The translations under genes and the position numbers were made by a program. Under the pieces are notes generated by a model. That model was given only the letters and a program-made list of their open reading frames with translations. It was not told where the DNA came from and searched no databases. Positions 34,391-44,730 of a DNA stretch of 64,000 nucleotides are shown here, piece by piece. The DNA is from Mayamaea pseudoterrestris (taxonomy: Eukaryota), in the NCBI GenBank assembly GCA_027923505.1, contig BROI01000027.1, positions 310,001 to 374,000 of the forward strand. The letters run 5' to 3'. The first letter of the stretch is position 1; each line of letters opens with the position of its first letter.

Positions 34391-34700
34391 ATACTTCATA
34401 TGCTTCATCTGCTTATTACATGGTTTACCCATCTACATTAGGTCACTCGCTACCCTTGCGGTGACATTCATAATTGAAATAATAATTGTTGAAGGTTTTT
34501 GGGATCCATTGTTTCGCGGTGCAACGAAACGATTCAACGACGACCACACGCTGACATCGCGATTCAACGATGACCACACGCTGACATTGCTCCGCGATCG
34601 CACCATTATATTATATCTTTCATTGTTTCATCGTTTGAAACAACAGCTGTCCGCAGCCATCCTTCTCGTCGCCCTTCGAATTGAACAGAAACTCACAAGC

Positions 34701-36369
34701 ATGGGGAAGAAAGAAGACTATTGGATGCCGTTGGCAAGACAGTGGTATCTAGAGTCGGAAGGAGTTCGAGACGAAGAGAAAATGACTGCGGCGCAATTCC
34801 TCGAGTCAAAAAAGTTTGATCCGAATGAGATCAATAAAGCGAAGCGTTCCCTGTTGTATTATCATCAGATGTATGCACAGGACAAGGTGAAATATGATAA
34901 ATTGTATGGAAACGTTGCTGGTGCTACCGCTACACGTCGAACTAAACCTCAGTTCCCTGAATTTGAGCAGCAATTTGTTTATCGAGTTTCTAAGATGTGT
35001 ACTGTTGGGTTGAGCCTTGAAGTCTTGCACAAATTTGCCTTGGAACTCATGAAACAGTTTCCAGATGCGAAAAGACCCAAAGCAGCATCGTCGAGATGGG
35101 TCAGGGATGTGCTGGAACGCAACAACATGACTAGAAGCACTAATCCTTCGCTCAAGATCATTCACCCCATAGTAGGCAACGATAATCATGACGACATGGT
35201 CAACGTCATATTGCCAGAGCTTGAGAAGGAGGTTTGTCAACCTGCCACTATTGCCAACTTGTGGACGCGAATTGCACACAATGACAAGTCACTCATGGGC
35301 ATTCTTGGCCAGCGGTAAGTCTCCTTTGCTTTGTTTGTACCAGCTTCTGCAACAATAACTGAACTTTTTGCTGGCTAGAATTGAGCTCTTTGTAGCCAGG
35401 GTCAGAAAGCTTCCAACAACAGCATTCGATCTGATCGCCAAGAGGATCTGCCGGTTACCAGAGCTGTCAGTCGAGGGTTTGCGAACGAAACTTATTGACT
35501 ACATTGAGTCGCAGACAAAACTTGATGAACGTCTTGCCCATCATGTCATTTCCTACATTGCCATTATTCTGTCTGTGGGAAAGAATCAAGAGGTTCTGAA
35601 AGAGGCAGCAAAGCTTGTTAGCACGCAAGTGTTGAACAAATTTGAGCTGGGAGATGGCGATGCCAAACAATACATGCATCTTGATTCCGTGAATCCAAAC
35701 TGCCAGATTGTTGTAGCTATTTCTGATGAGATTCCTCCGACAAGAATTTATACTGGTACACTCAGCTGTTCAAATTGGGGTTTGTTGTTTCTCGCAAGGA
35801 AGTGGAATGAATACCCGCCCACTTTGCATTACAAACTTGACAAGCACCCTTCGGATATGCTGCTCACCCATGGCTCTCTCTTAGATCCAAAGCTGACCTT
35901 GGTGCCTTCATCGGGGCTACTCCGTCGAGGCGACACCACTACAATGCCCGGTGTTGTTGTTCATGCTGGCCCATCTTGTGACAAAGTCCACTGCATTTTG
36001 TTTAGCACTGGCGCTCCTCATGATACTAAGGGAGCCTACGATCCGGAATCCCAGTACTGCGCCTCTCAAGTATTTGCCGAGCTAACTGAAGAAGTGTTAC
36101 TATTATACAACGCTGACACTAAGCAGTTTCTCCTTGACCATGCTGAACGAGTCTTTTTCCTTAACAAGCTGGTTGAGTTTGAAAAGGAAGGCAGACTAAA
36201 GGGGACTGGCAAAACTTGGTATTGGCTTGACCATAAATTGTTTATCTATGGCTTTTTAGAACACTTAAGTGTCATTCTCGTGGACGACACAACTGATGGG
36301 GATACTGGCCCACTTGTGGACTTCTGGGCATGTAAAATGCCTCCACTACAATCGCAGGTGCCTTGTTGA
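34701..36369 (+). CDS. CENP-B/Tc5-type HTH fused to a putative 2OG-Fe(II)/cupin-like domain; 2 exons (34701-35314, 35379-36369), about 534 aa
   Basis: KPQFPEFEQQF...GLSLEVLHKFALEL...KAASSRWVRDVLERNNM fits HTH_Tnp_Tc5; 64-bp GT-AG intron joins the frames; QYMHLD...GVVVHAGP gives an HxD...H triad. Confidence 0.65.
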
Positions 36370-36402
36370 AGTGTATCTTCGCCGGTGGCTTTTAACGCCC
36401 CA

Positions 36403-36791
36403 AGTTAAGGTATCTTCGGATCGGGTTCATATCTCTCCGGTACTCCGGGTCCGTTTCGACACCCATCATGTGTGGTCGGAATGTTCTTCATGTTGCTTGC
36501 TTCACCATGGCAACGCCTTGCTAGTAAAGGCATGCCCCAACCTCTCGCAAGCATGGTTACACTGTCAAACGGTCTATAATTACATAGGGAAGCAGTTGAG
36601 GCGATCCGTTTGGCATGCATAACTGTAGTTTTCGCCCAACGCCTCGGGCGATGGTTTTGCAACTTGTTCGCTCAAATCTCGCTCACAATCTGATAGTCTG
36701 GTTGGTCCATAACACTATAAAGCAACAGTTGCATTTCACAAAGCATCTCCTTTCATCGTACTCAAGTAGATTGCATCAAGCATTCTTCACT
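36403..36791 (+). repeat. 5' LTR of the copia element (AGT...ACT termini)
   Basis: Direct repeat of 44342-44730; terminal IR AGTTAAG/CTTCACT. Confidence 0.95.
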
Positions 36792-36922
36792 GGTTACGAG
36801 CCCAAGTTAAAGCCTTACACGCCAACGTTTCCCTCAAGCAAACGATTCCTTTTACGTCGGGACGCCGCCGTTTAAACAAGCCAACAAGCCTTTGATATCA
36901 AGCTCCATACCCTGCAAGAAGC

Positions 36923-39900
36923 ATGTCGACACCTACTACTGCTCCCCAAGACACTGAACCGGCCGAGGATCCGTTTCAGCCCGTCCTCCCCAAGAAAAAG
37001 CGCAACCCTGCTCCAAAGGATGGAGAGGGTCCAGTCCCTGCTCCAAAGGATGGAGAGGAACCCCCGACGCCGTCTCCAAAGGTTGGAGGCAAGCCATGGC
37101 CTACACCTCCCCGCGCTCCCGCTCCTGCTCCCGCTCCCGCTCCAGCTCCGGCGCCCGTCCCGCCGCCTGCTCCTGCTCCTCCAGCCCCTCCGGCGCCTCC
37201 AGCTCCTCCAGCTCCTCCAGCTCCTCCGGCGCCTCCAGCTCCTCCAGCTCCAGCGCCTCCTGCCCCGCCTGCTCCTCCTGCCCCGCCGGCAGACGAGCCG
37301 CCTGAAGATCCAGGCGCCTTGGCAGCAGCCGTGGATGCGGATCGCCCCCCTAAACCAGTGCACGGTGCACTTTGCAAATTGGAAAAGAAGTACATCCCCT
37401 ACACTGGCGGTGAGCCGGCCCGTGACTTTGCCGAGTTCCCTCAGCCGGCCTACACCATCCGTCCGTCTCCATTGGCTCGCCTCCGGTTTGATGATGCCAA
37501 GCTCACCGGTTGGAATGCCCGTACCAAAGGACTGTCGCAAAAGCTGTCCTTAAAGGGCGACCTGCTCGCTTGGGAAATGCAGGTTGAGGAGCATCTCGTC
37601 ACCCATGGAATGGACACCATTGTGCACCTTGATCACCCTTTGGATGACAAGCAAACCGTCTCCATTATCAAGCACAGTGGGCTTTTCTTGACCACCGAAG
37701 AGGTCATCCGTCATCTCGAGGGACCCAAGAAGACCTGGGACCCTTATGATGAGGCCAATGATGATGAGGCCACCACATTCCTTCGCAATTCCATTGATTC
37801 CGAGTTGCTCAAGCGCCTCATGTACCAGACGCCCGGTGGCAAGAAGGAGCCCTTTGTCATCACCTTTTCCCGTGTCATGTCAATGATGCGCCAGCACAAC
37901 CGCGAGGTTCACCACCGCATTGAACGGGAGGCGGTGGCCATCCGTCCCCAAGCTTTTGCAGGCCAAAACATCACTGCTTATGCGACCGCTGTACTGGACA
38001 AGCTCAAGCCTCTATTCAATGCCTGCACCTACAATCATGATACCACCGAGGAGCTCATCATGGCCCTAAACACCGCAGGAGGCGAGTGTTTGAAGGAAAA
38101 CCCTGGTGAGCTGGCCTTCCGTGAGGCGCTTTACCCCTTCAAAAAGCGTTACTATAAGGCCCGCCTAGAGCTCCGCCCCATGCGTGAAAGTGAACGGCAT
38201 TTCTACATGGCGGAACAGCGGTGCCTGCCTGAAGACCTCTTTGCTGATGCCATTGCCTCCTATGACGTCCTCTGTTCCAAGCAATTGTGGCAGCCTGCCC
38301 GCAACCGCACGGATTCGCGGGTTCCCCAAGCCAATCTCCTCGAGCTCAATACCAAGTCCCAGAGCTCCTCCCGCTCCACCCTTGCCCAGCGCGGCTGTTT
38401 TGTATGCGGTTCCATGGCTCACCAAATTGCCGACTGCCCCAAAAAGGACGAGCATTTCAACCCGAAGAAGGATGGTGGTTCCAACGGTGGTGGCTCCGGT
38501 GGATCCAGCAAGCCCTCCCATTCCGGTTCTGGTCGAGGCAACCAAGGCAACCAAGGCAAAGGCAACTCCTCCCGTCAGAACAATAATGGCAAGGGCAACA
38601 AAGGCAACAACAACCGCTCCTCCAACGGCAAAAAGGGCCGTTCCTCCTCCAACCAGGACTCCAAGCTCTGGTGTGGCTATTGCACTCGGTATGGCACCCA
38701 TTGCACCAAGGAGCACAAGGACACGCGCACCATGAAGAACCCACCCAAGGAGCCTCCTACTCATCAGGCAAACCTTGCAAATGTGCATGATCCCAATGAG
38801 TGGGTGGTCCCTTATGTTAACCTGGCGCAAGTTGAGTTCCAAAAGCGCTGGTCTGCCCCGTCGCCTGATCCTGCCACTGTCCCAGTTGCTGCCCCACTTG
38901 TGAACCGTTGGGTGGCGCCTCCTCGCATCATTCCTGATGGCCCTCCTACAGTTCCTCCTCCCGTGGCTGCAGCTCCTACTGTCATTGATTTAACTGAAAC
39001 GGTTGTGGATTTGACCCTTGACGGGGGATCTGACAGTGAATCCGGTCACAGTGCCTCCACTCACAGTGCCTCCACCGTTCCCAGCACCAACAAGGCAAAG
39101 CGCCCTGCTCGGTCCCACAGCAGTCCCTCTCGGTTCCCCAAGTCTGCCAAGATTGCTGTTGGTACCTTGCTCCTTTTGAGCCTGTGTGCTCCCAAGGCTG
39201 ATGCATTTGCCCCGTTTGTCGCTCTCCGCCCTGCTGTGACCCCAGCTCCAAGCCCTACACTCAGCCAAGTTTATGAGTGGTTTCCGCCCGTGTTCACCCC
39301 AGTTCCTGAGCCTGCCTTGCCTACCGCCACCATTCACCTTCAGGAGACTGCCTCTCGGTTTAAGGAAGCCATTGGTGTGCCTGTGCCTGCCGTCACCCTT
39401 CTGGCCTCCTCGCTCCTTGAGCTCGCCAGCTCCAGCCTCTCCCTTGTGCATGCCACCCTCTTCTTCTACTGGATGCACTGGGAGCTCATTGAACCTTTCA
39501 TTTTGTGGTTCCTCCTTGCTGGATTGGTTCTCCTCGGCTGCTGGTACCGCGCCGCCTACCGCCGCCTTCGTCGAGGCCTACTTGGCTGCCAACCTGCTCC
39601 ATACTTGCGGCGCCTCCTCCTGCCTTACCGTGCCTACCGCGCCTTGAGTCGCACTGCCTGGCGAGGTATTCAAAGGTCTGTCTGGTGGGAAGCCTTCCTT
39701 TTGATGGATCATCTTGACCGGCGCCTCACACGGTGGTTTGCTCGGCACTTTGCCTACTGGCTCTCCTACTGGCCTGCCAACGGGGGAAGATGCCATGCGA
39801 GGCCTGCGACTGTCCCTTTACACCTTCAACGGGCACTCCTGGATCCAAATGCAATGATTGGCCAGTATGTACCTGCCTCTCCCCGCAACAAGCGCCGCCG

Positions 39901-42900
39901 CCGCCAGCGCCGCAACAAGTGCGACCGCTGTGTTGCTGTGGCTCCTCCTCCTCCTCCGCCGCCTCTTCCAGTCCCTCAAGTCCCTAAATCCCGCCGTCGA
40001 GGCCGCCGAGGCCGAGGCCGAGGCCGTTCCCGTAAAGGCAAGTCCCTTGGAAGAGACCAGTCTCGCAGCCCCTCCCGTGATCCTAAACGGGGGAATACTT
40101 GTCAACCCAGCACGAGACCAAGCCATCTGCCAAGTCCATCACCAGACGCCGTTCACGTCCCTCCCATTAGCTATCTTGCTTCTGCCTACGTCTTGAGCCT
40201 TTCCTCCTCTGAGCGAGAGGCATTGCCCGACTGGATCCGTCAGACATTGGCAGCCATCCGCCGCAATCCTAACTTCATTGACTCTAAGCCCAAGGCTAAA
40301 GAAGAGCAGTTCAAAGTGATTTGGGATTCAGGTGCCAGCATCTCCCTTTCTCCATGCCGCTCTGACTTTGTTGGTCCAATTGAAACGCCTCCTGAGGGAG
40401 CATTTATCAATGGATTGTTTCAACCTGGTCGCATTGCAGGCAGGGGATGTGTTGCCTGGACCTTCCTTGACAATGGAGGCATGCGGCGCACCCTCAAACT
40501 CCCTGCATATTACGTTCCTACTGGAAAGGTTCGGTTGCTCAGTACCTCCAACTTGCTGCAGCAATACCCAGAGGAATTCATCTATGGAGATGAGCATGCT
40601 ATCTACCTAAGTGGAACCAAGTCTACCACGCATGAGGATGGATCCATTACCAACAATGGGATTGAAGTCTTGGTGGATCCTGATTCAAACTTGCCCACTG
40701 CCTACGCCATTGACAATGATTCTGGCCCAAATGCCTTTTACATCGATCCTGGAACACCTGGCCCTCCATCTGGTCCAGCGCCAAGCTCACCTTCTGACCA
40801 ATCACAAGGCGAAGGAGGTTCAAGTGGCTCATCTCCTGGTTCTCCACAAGGCCCTCGAGACCCTGATCCGCCTTCTTCTCCCCCATCTGGTGCGCCAAGT
40901 GCTCCAGGCTCTCCATATTGCCTAGCAGTCACCCCAGCTCCTTCCGTCCTTTCAAACATCAACAAGAATCTCAGTGAGTCTGAAAAGGAGCTCCTTAGAT
41001 GGCATTTCCGCCTTGGCCATCTCGCCTTCAACCGGATCCAGTTCCTGATGCGCAGTGGCACCCTCTCCCATTCAGAGGCCCAGCGCAGGCTCCATGCCCT
41101 TAGCTCCCGCATCATTCACCCTCCAATGTGTGCTGCCTGTCAATATGCCAAGCAAAAGGTCCGCGCAACCCCAGGCATTCAGTCTCAAGCAGTTAAAGAC
41201 CGAGCGGGTGTCCTACGGCGCGACAATCTGTTTCCAGGGCAGCGCGTCAGTGTGGACCACTTCATTTGCTCTACAAAAGGCCGCCTATTCAACTCTAGAG
41301 GCAAGTCTCAAGAAACTGAGCTCTTCAGTGGTGGTTGCATCTTTGTGGATCATGCTACTGGCTTTGTCCACATTGAGTTCCAGAAGCACCTCAATTCTGA
41401 CGAAACGCTTGCAGCCAAGGAGGCCTTTGAGCTCAAATGCCGTGACTTTGGAGTCCTTCCTCAAGAGTATCTTTCAGACAATGGAAGAGCCTTTACCTCC
41501 CAAGCATTTGCGCAGCATTTGTCCACCTTTGCTCAAGTTAGCAGGTTTGCTGGCACTGGAGCCCACCATCACAATGGCATTGCAGAGCGCAGTATCCAAA
41601 CAATCATGAGCATCTCGCGTGCTATGATGCTGCATGCCTCCATCCACTGGAGTGAAGTCTCTGATCCTAATCTGTGGCCCATGGCCTGCAGCTACGCCGT
41701 CTTCCTTTGGAACAAGATGCCAGACCTGCAAAGCGGTGTGAGTCCCCATGACCTCTTTACCAGGACTCGCTGGCCTCAAGCCAAGTTCCATGACCTCCAT
41801 GTATGGGGATGCCCAGTGTATGTCCTTGAAAAGCGCCTTTCTGATGGCCAGAAGCTTCCAAGGTGGTCACCCCGCTCCAAGCGCTGCATCTTCATGGGTA
41901 TGAGCGACAGTCACGCCAGCTCTGTCCCTTTGGTCCTAAATCCTGCAACAGGAGCTATTACGCCACAGTTCCATGTTGTCTTTGATGACTGGTTTGCTAC
42001 AGTTACCTCGGAACCGTCCAGTTTGCCTGACTTCAACACCCCAGCCTGGGACAAGATGTTTGGCGAAAGCGCCTACCAGTACATTCCAACCGACGAACCC
42101 GAGTCTCTGCCTGCAACACCGGATGATGCTACACCTCCCATTACTGAAGCTGCAAGTCAAAGGATCGACAGGGTACAGAATGCCTTCGAACGCAACAGTC
42201 CCCCTTGCGTCCTTCCCATTCCGCCTCCGCCTGAGCCAACCTGGGCACAGCTTCCGCCAGCACCGGCGCCAATGCCAGCTACGCCAGCGGTACCAAGAGC
42301 GCCCAGTCCTCCTCCTACAAGGGCGCCAAGTTCGCCTCCTACAAGGGCGCCTAGTCCTCCTCCTGCAAGGGCGCCTAGTCCGCCTCCAACAAGGGCGCCA
42401 TCTCCCATTTTGCACGACCCAAGGGCGAACGAATCCGCACCTCCGTCGTCACCTGCACCTCCGCCGGCTCCAGCTACACAGCATGAACCAAGACGCTCTA
42501 GTCGCTCCAATTTTGGCGTTCAACCCGATCGACTTACCTACCCGCGCCTTGGCCTTCCGGCTATGTTCGCCTACACTGAAAAAGTGGCTGAGTATGCCCA
42601 TTTTGCCTCCCTGTATTCCGCCTTCCGCATCCCAGCGCCAGCCATTTACAAAGCTGCTGCCTCTGACCCCGACACCCTTTCCTGGGATGAGGCAATGTGC
42701 GATGTCTCTCACCGAGATCACTGGCTCAAGGCTGCAGAAGGAGAAATCACATCCCTACAGTCAAAAGGCACATGGATTGAAGTCCCCAAGTCTGAGGCCA
42801 AGAGCAGGATCATCCCCGGCACCTGGGTCTTCCGCCGCAAGCGTTCACCCGATGGCACAATCAAGAAGTACAAAGCTCGCTTCTGTGTCCGTGGTGACCT

Positions 42901-44245
42901 TGAGGAAGGCTCATTTGACACCTTTGCCCCGGTTGTGGCCTGGTCTACCATTCGCCTCCTCCTAGTGTTTGCCCTGACCCTTGACTGGCATGCCTGCACC
43001 GTCGACTTTGCAAGTGCCTTTGTCCAAGCTGAGTTGGATAAGCCAGTTTGGATTCACATTCCTCGAGGTTTCAACTCAAGCAAAGGCCCCAACCACTGCC
43101 TGCGCCTCAAGAAGAGCCTCTACGGCTTGTCCGTTGCACCCCGACTCTGGTTTCAACACCTGTGCAGCGCCTTGAAAAGCCTTGGTCTCATACAAAGCTC
43201 CTTTGACCAATGCTTGTTCTTTGGCCTTGGTCTAGTGTGTGGGTGCTATGTCGACGATTTAGCTATCATTGGCAAGACTCCAAAGGTTGTCAACGACTTT
43301 GTTGCAAAGCTCCGGTCCCTTGGTCTTGAACTCACTCAGGAAGACTCCCTTTGCGAGTACCTTGGCATCAAGCTTGTACGTGATGATGCTAAAGGGACCT
43401 ACACTCTCACCCAACAAGGATTGATTGACAAGATTATCACTGCCACTGGCCTTGCTGAGTCCAACCCCAACAGTGTCCCTGCTACCCAGCTTGCCCTTGG
43501 CACCGACCCCGATGGAGCCTACATGCAAGAAAGCTGGTCCTACCCTTCTGTTGTTGGCATGCTCCTCTATCTTGCCATCAATACCCGCCCAGACATTGCC
43601 TACGCCGTCAGTCAAGTGGCACGTTTCAACCATGGTCCCAAGCAGACTCATGCGAGAGCTGTTAAAACGATTGTCCGTTACCTCAAGGGATCCCGCACCA
43701 TTGGCACCGTCATGAAGCCAAATGGTTCCTTCAATCTTGATCTATATACAGATGCCGACTATGCTGGTTTGTATAAACAGGAACCCGACCATTCTGCTAC
43801 AGCAGTCCGCTCTCGTACAGGCTACATCATTCTTCTCGGTAGCTGCCCGCTTGTTTGGAAATCCCAGCTACAGACCGAGATTGCCCTTTCAACTCTGGAA
43901 GCCGAGTACTGTGCACTCTCCCTTGGTCTTAAAGCCCTTCTCCCTCTCAAGCGCATCCTTATGGAAGTCCTTCAGACCCTCCGCCTTCCCAGTCCTACAG
44001 CAACTTGCGTGAGCGCTCGTGCCTACCAGGATAACCAAGGCGCCTTCTACCTTGCCGTCAATAAGCGCCTCACCAACCGCACCAAGCACATGTTGGTCAA
44101 GTTCCATTGGTTTTGGCGCCACCATGAGCAAGGCGAATTCTCTATCTGCATGGTTAAGTCAGCCGATCAGCTGGCAGACTACCTCACCAAGGGTCTCTCC
44201 AAGGATGTGTTCCTCAAGAACCGCAGAAGCGTCCAACACAATTAA
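36923..44245 (+). CDS. Gag-Pol polyprotein (Gag, zinc knuckle, PR, INT, RT, RNase H; copia domain order)
   Basis: CFVCGSMAHQIADC; VIWDSGAS protease; WHFRLGH...CAAC; integrase VSVDHF/SDNG/GIAERSI; RT YVDD; RNase H YTDADYAG...EAEY...DNQGA...LADYLTK. Confidence 0.97.
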   Translation: MSTPTTAPQDTEPAEDPFQPVLPKKKRNPAPKDGEGPVPAPKDGEEPPTPSPKVGGKPWPTPPRAPAPAPAPAPAPAPVPPPAPAPPAPPAPPAPPAPPAPPAPPAPPAPAPPAPPAPPAPPADEPPEDPGALAAAVDADRPPKPVHGALCKLEKKYIPYTGGEPARDFAEFPQPAYTIRPSPLARLRFDDAKLTGWNARTKGLSQKLSLKGDLLAWEMQVEEHLVTHGMDTIVHLDHPLDDKQTVSIIKHSGLFLTTEEVIRHLEGPKKTWDPYDEANDDEATTFLRNSIDSELLKRLMYQTPGGKKEPFVITFSRVMSMMRQHNREVHHRIEREAVAIRPQAFAGQNITAYATAVLDKLKPLFNACTYNHDTTEELIMALNTAGGECLKENPGELAFREALYPFKKRYYKARLELRPMRESERHFYMAEQRCLPEDLFADAIASYDVLCSKQLWQPARNRTDSRVPQANLLELNTKSQSSSRSTLAQRGCFVCGSMAHQIADCPKKDEHFNPKKDGGSNGGGSGGSSKPSHSGSGRGNQGNQGKGNSSRQNNNGKGNKGNNNRSSNGKKGRSSSNQDSKLWCGYCTRYGTHCTKEHKDTRTMKNPPKEPPTHQANLANVHDPNEWVVPYVNLAQVEFQKRWSAPSPDPATVPVAAPLVNRWVAPPRIIPDGPPTVPPPVAAAPTVIDLTETVVDLTLDGGSDSESGHSASTHSASTVPSTNKAKRPARSHSSPSRFPKSAKIAVGTLLLLSLCAPKADAFAPFVALRPAVTPAPSPTLSQVYEWFPPVFTPVPEPALPTATIHLQETASRFKEAIGVPVPAVTLLASSLLELASSSLSLVHATLFFYWMHWELIEPFILWFLLAGLVLLGCWYRAAYRRLRRGLLGCQPAPYLRRLLLPYRAYRALSRTAWRGIQRSVWWEAFLLMDHLDRRLTRWFARHFAYWLSYWPANGGRCHARPATVPLHLQRALLDPNAMIGQYVPASPRNKRRRRQRRNKCDRCVAVAPPPPPPPLPVPQVPKSRRRGRRGRGRGRSRKGKSLGRDQSRSPSRDPKRGNTCQPSTRPSHLPSPSPDAVHVPPISYLASAYVLSLSSSEREALPDWIRQTLAAIRRNPNFIDSKPKAKEEQFKVIWDSGASISLSPCRSDFVGPIETPPEGAFINGLFQPGRIAGRGCVAWTFLDNGGMRRTLKLPAYYVPTGKVRLLSTSNLLQQYPEEFIYGDEHAIYLSGTKSTTHEDGSITNNGIEVLVDPDSNLPTAYAIDNDSGPNAFYIDPGTPGPPSGPAPSSPSDQSQGEGGSSGSSPGSPQGPRDPDPPSSPPSGAPSAPGSPYCLAVTPAPSVLSNINKNLSESEKELLRWHFRLGHLAFNRIQFLMRSGTLSHSEAQRRLHALSSRIIHPPMCAACQYAKQKVRATPGIQSQAVKDRAGVLRRDNLFPGQRVSVDHFICSTKGRLFNSRGKSQETELFSGGCIFVDHATGFVHIEFQKHLNSDETLAAKEAFELKCRDFGVLPQEYLSDNGRAFTSQAFAQHLSTFAQVSRFAGTGAHHHNGIAERSIQTIMSISRAMMLHASIHWSEVSDPNLWPMACSYAVFLWNKMPDLQSGVSPHDLFTRTRWPQAKFHDLHVWGCPVYVLEKRLSDGQKLPRWSPRSKRCIFMGMSDSHASSVPLVLNPATGAITPQFHVVFDDWFATVTSEPSSLPDFNTPAWDKMFGESAYQYIPTDEPESLPATPDDATPPITEAASQRIDRVQNAFERNSPPCVLPIPPPPEPTWAQLPPAPAPMPATPAVPRAPSPPPTRAPSSPPTRAPSPPPARAPSPPPTRAPSPILHDPRANESAPPSSPAPPPAPATQHEPRRSSRSNFGVQPDRLTYPRLGLPAMFAYTEKVAEYAHFASLYSAFRIPAPAIYKAAASDPDTLSWDEAMCDVSHRDHWLKAAEGEITSLQSKGTWIEVPKSEAKSRIIPGTWVFRRKRSPDGTIKKYKARFCVRGDLEEGSFDTFAPVVAWSTIRLLLVFALTLDWHACTVDFASAFVQAELDKPVWIHIPRGFNSSKGPNHCLRLKKSLYGLSVAPRLWFQHLCSALKSLGLIQSSFDQCLFFGLGLVCGCYVDDLAIIGKTPKVVNDFVAKLRSLGLELTQEDSLCEYLGIKLVRDDAKGTYTLTQQGLIDKIITATGLAESNPNSVPATQLALGTDPDGAYMQESWSYPSVVGMLLYLAINTRPDIAYAVSQVARFNHGPKQTHARAVKTIVRYLKGSRTIGTVMKPNGSFNLDLYTDADYAGLYKQEPDHSATAVRSRTGYIILLGSCPLVWKSQLQTEIALSTLEAEYCALSLGLKALLPLKRILMEVLQTLRLPSPTATCVSARAYQDNQGAFYLAVNKRLTNRTKHMLVKFHWFWRHHEQGEFSICMVKSADQLADYLTKGLSKDVFLKNRRSVQHN

Positions 44246-44341
44246 GCTCCTGCTACTTCTTCTACATCACTACACCTCTACATTCAAATAACTACATTTT
44301 ACATTCCCGTTCCTATTTGCCTGCATTCAAGCGCAAGGGCG

Positions 44342-44730
44342 AGTTAAGGTATCTTCGGATCGGGTTCATATCTCTCCGGTACTCCGGGTCCGTTTCGACA
44401 CCCATCATGTGTGGTCGGAATGTTCTTCATGTTGCTTGCTTCACCATGGCAACGCCTTGCTAGTAAAGGCATGCCCCAACCTCTCGCAAGCATGGTTACA
44501 CTGTCAAACGGTCTATAATTACATAGGGAAGCAGTTGAGGCGATCCGTTTGGCATGCATAACTGTAGTTTTCGCCCAACGCCTCGGGCGATGGTTTTGCA
44601 ACTTGTTCGCTCAAATCTCGCTCACAATCTGATAGTCTGGTTGGTCCATAACACTATAAAGCAACAGTTGCATTTCACAAAGCATCTCCTTTCATCGTAC
44701 TCAAGTAGATTGCATCAAGCATTCTTCACT
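44342..44730 (+). repeat. 3' LTR of the copia element
   Basis: Identical by eye to 36403-36791. Confidence 0.95.

Larger units (their letters stand above)
36403..44730 (+). mobile_element. Full-length Ty1/copia (CoDi-like) LTR retrotransposon, recent insertion
   Basis: Identical 389-bp LTRs; 5-bp TSD CCCCA (36398-36402, 44731-44735); PBS GGTTACGAGCCC at 36792; purine-rich tract before the 3' LTR; single intact gag-pol ORF. Confidence 0.97.
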
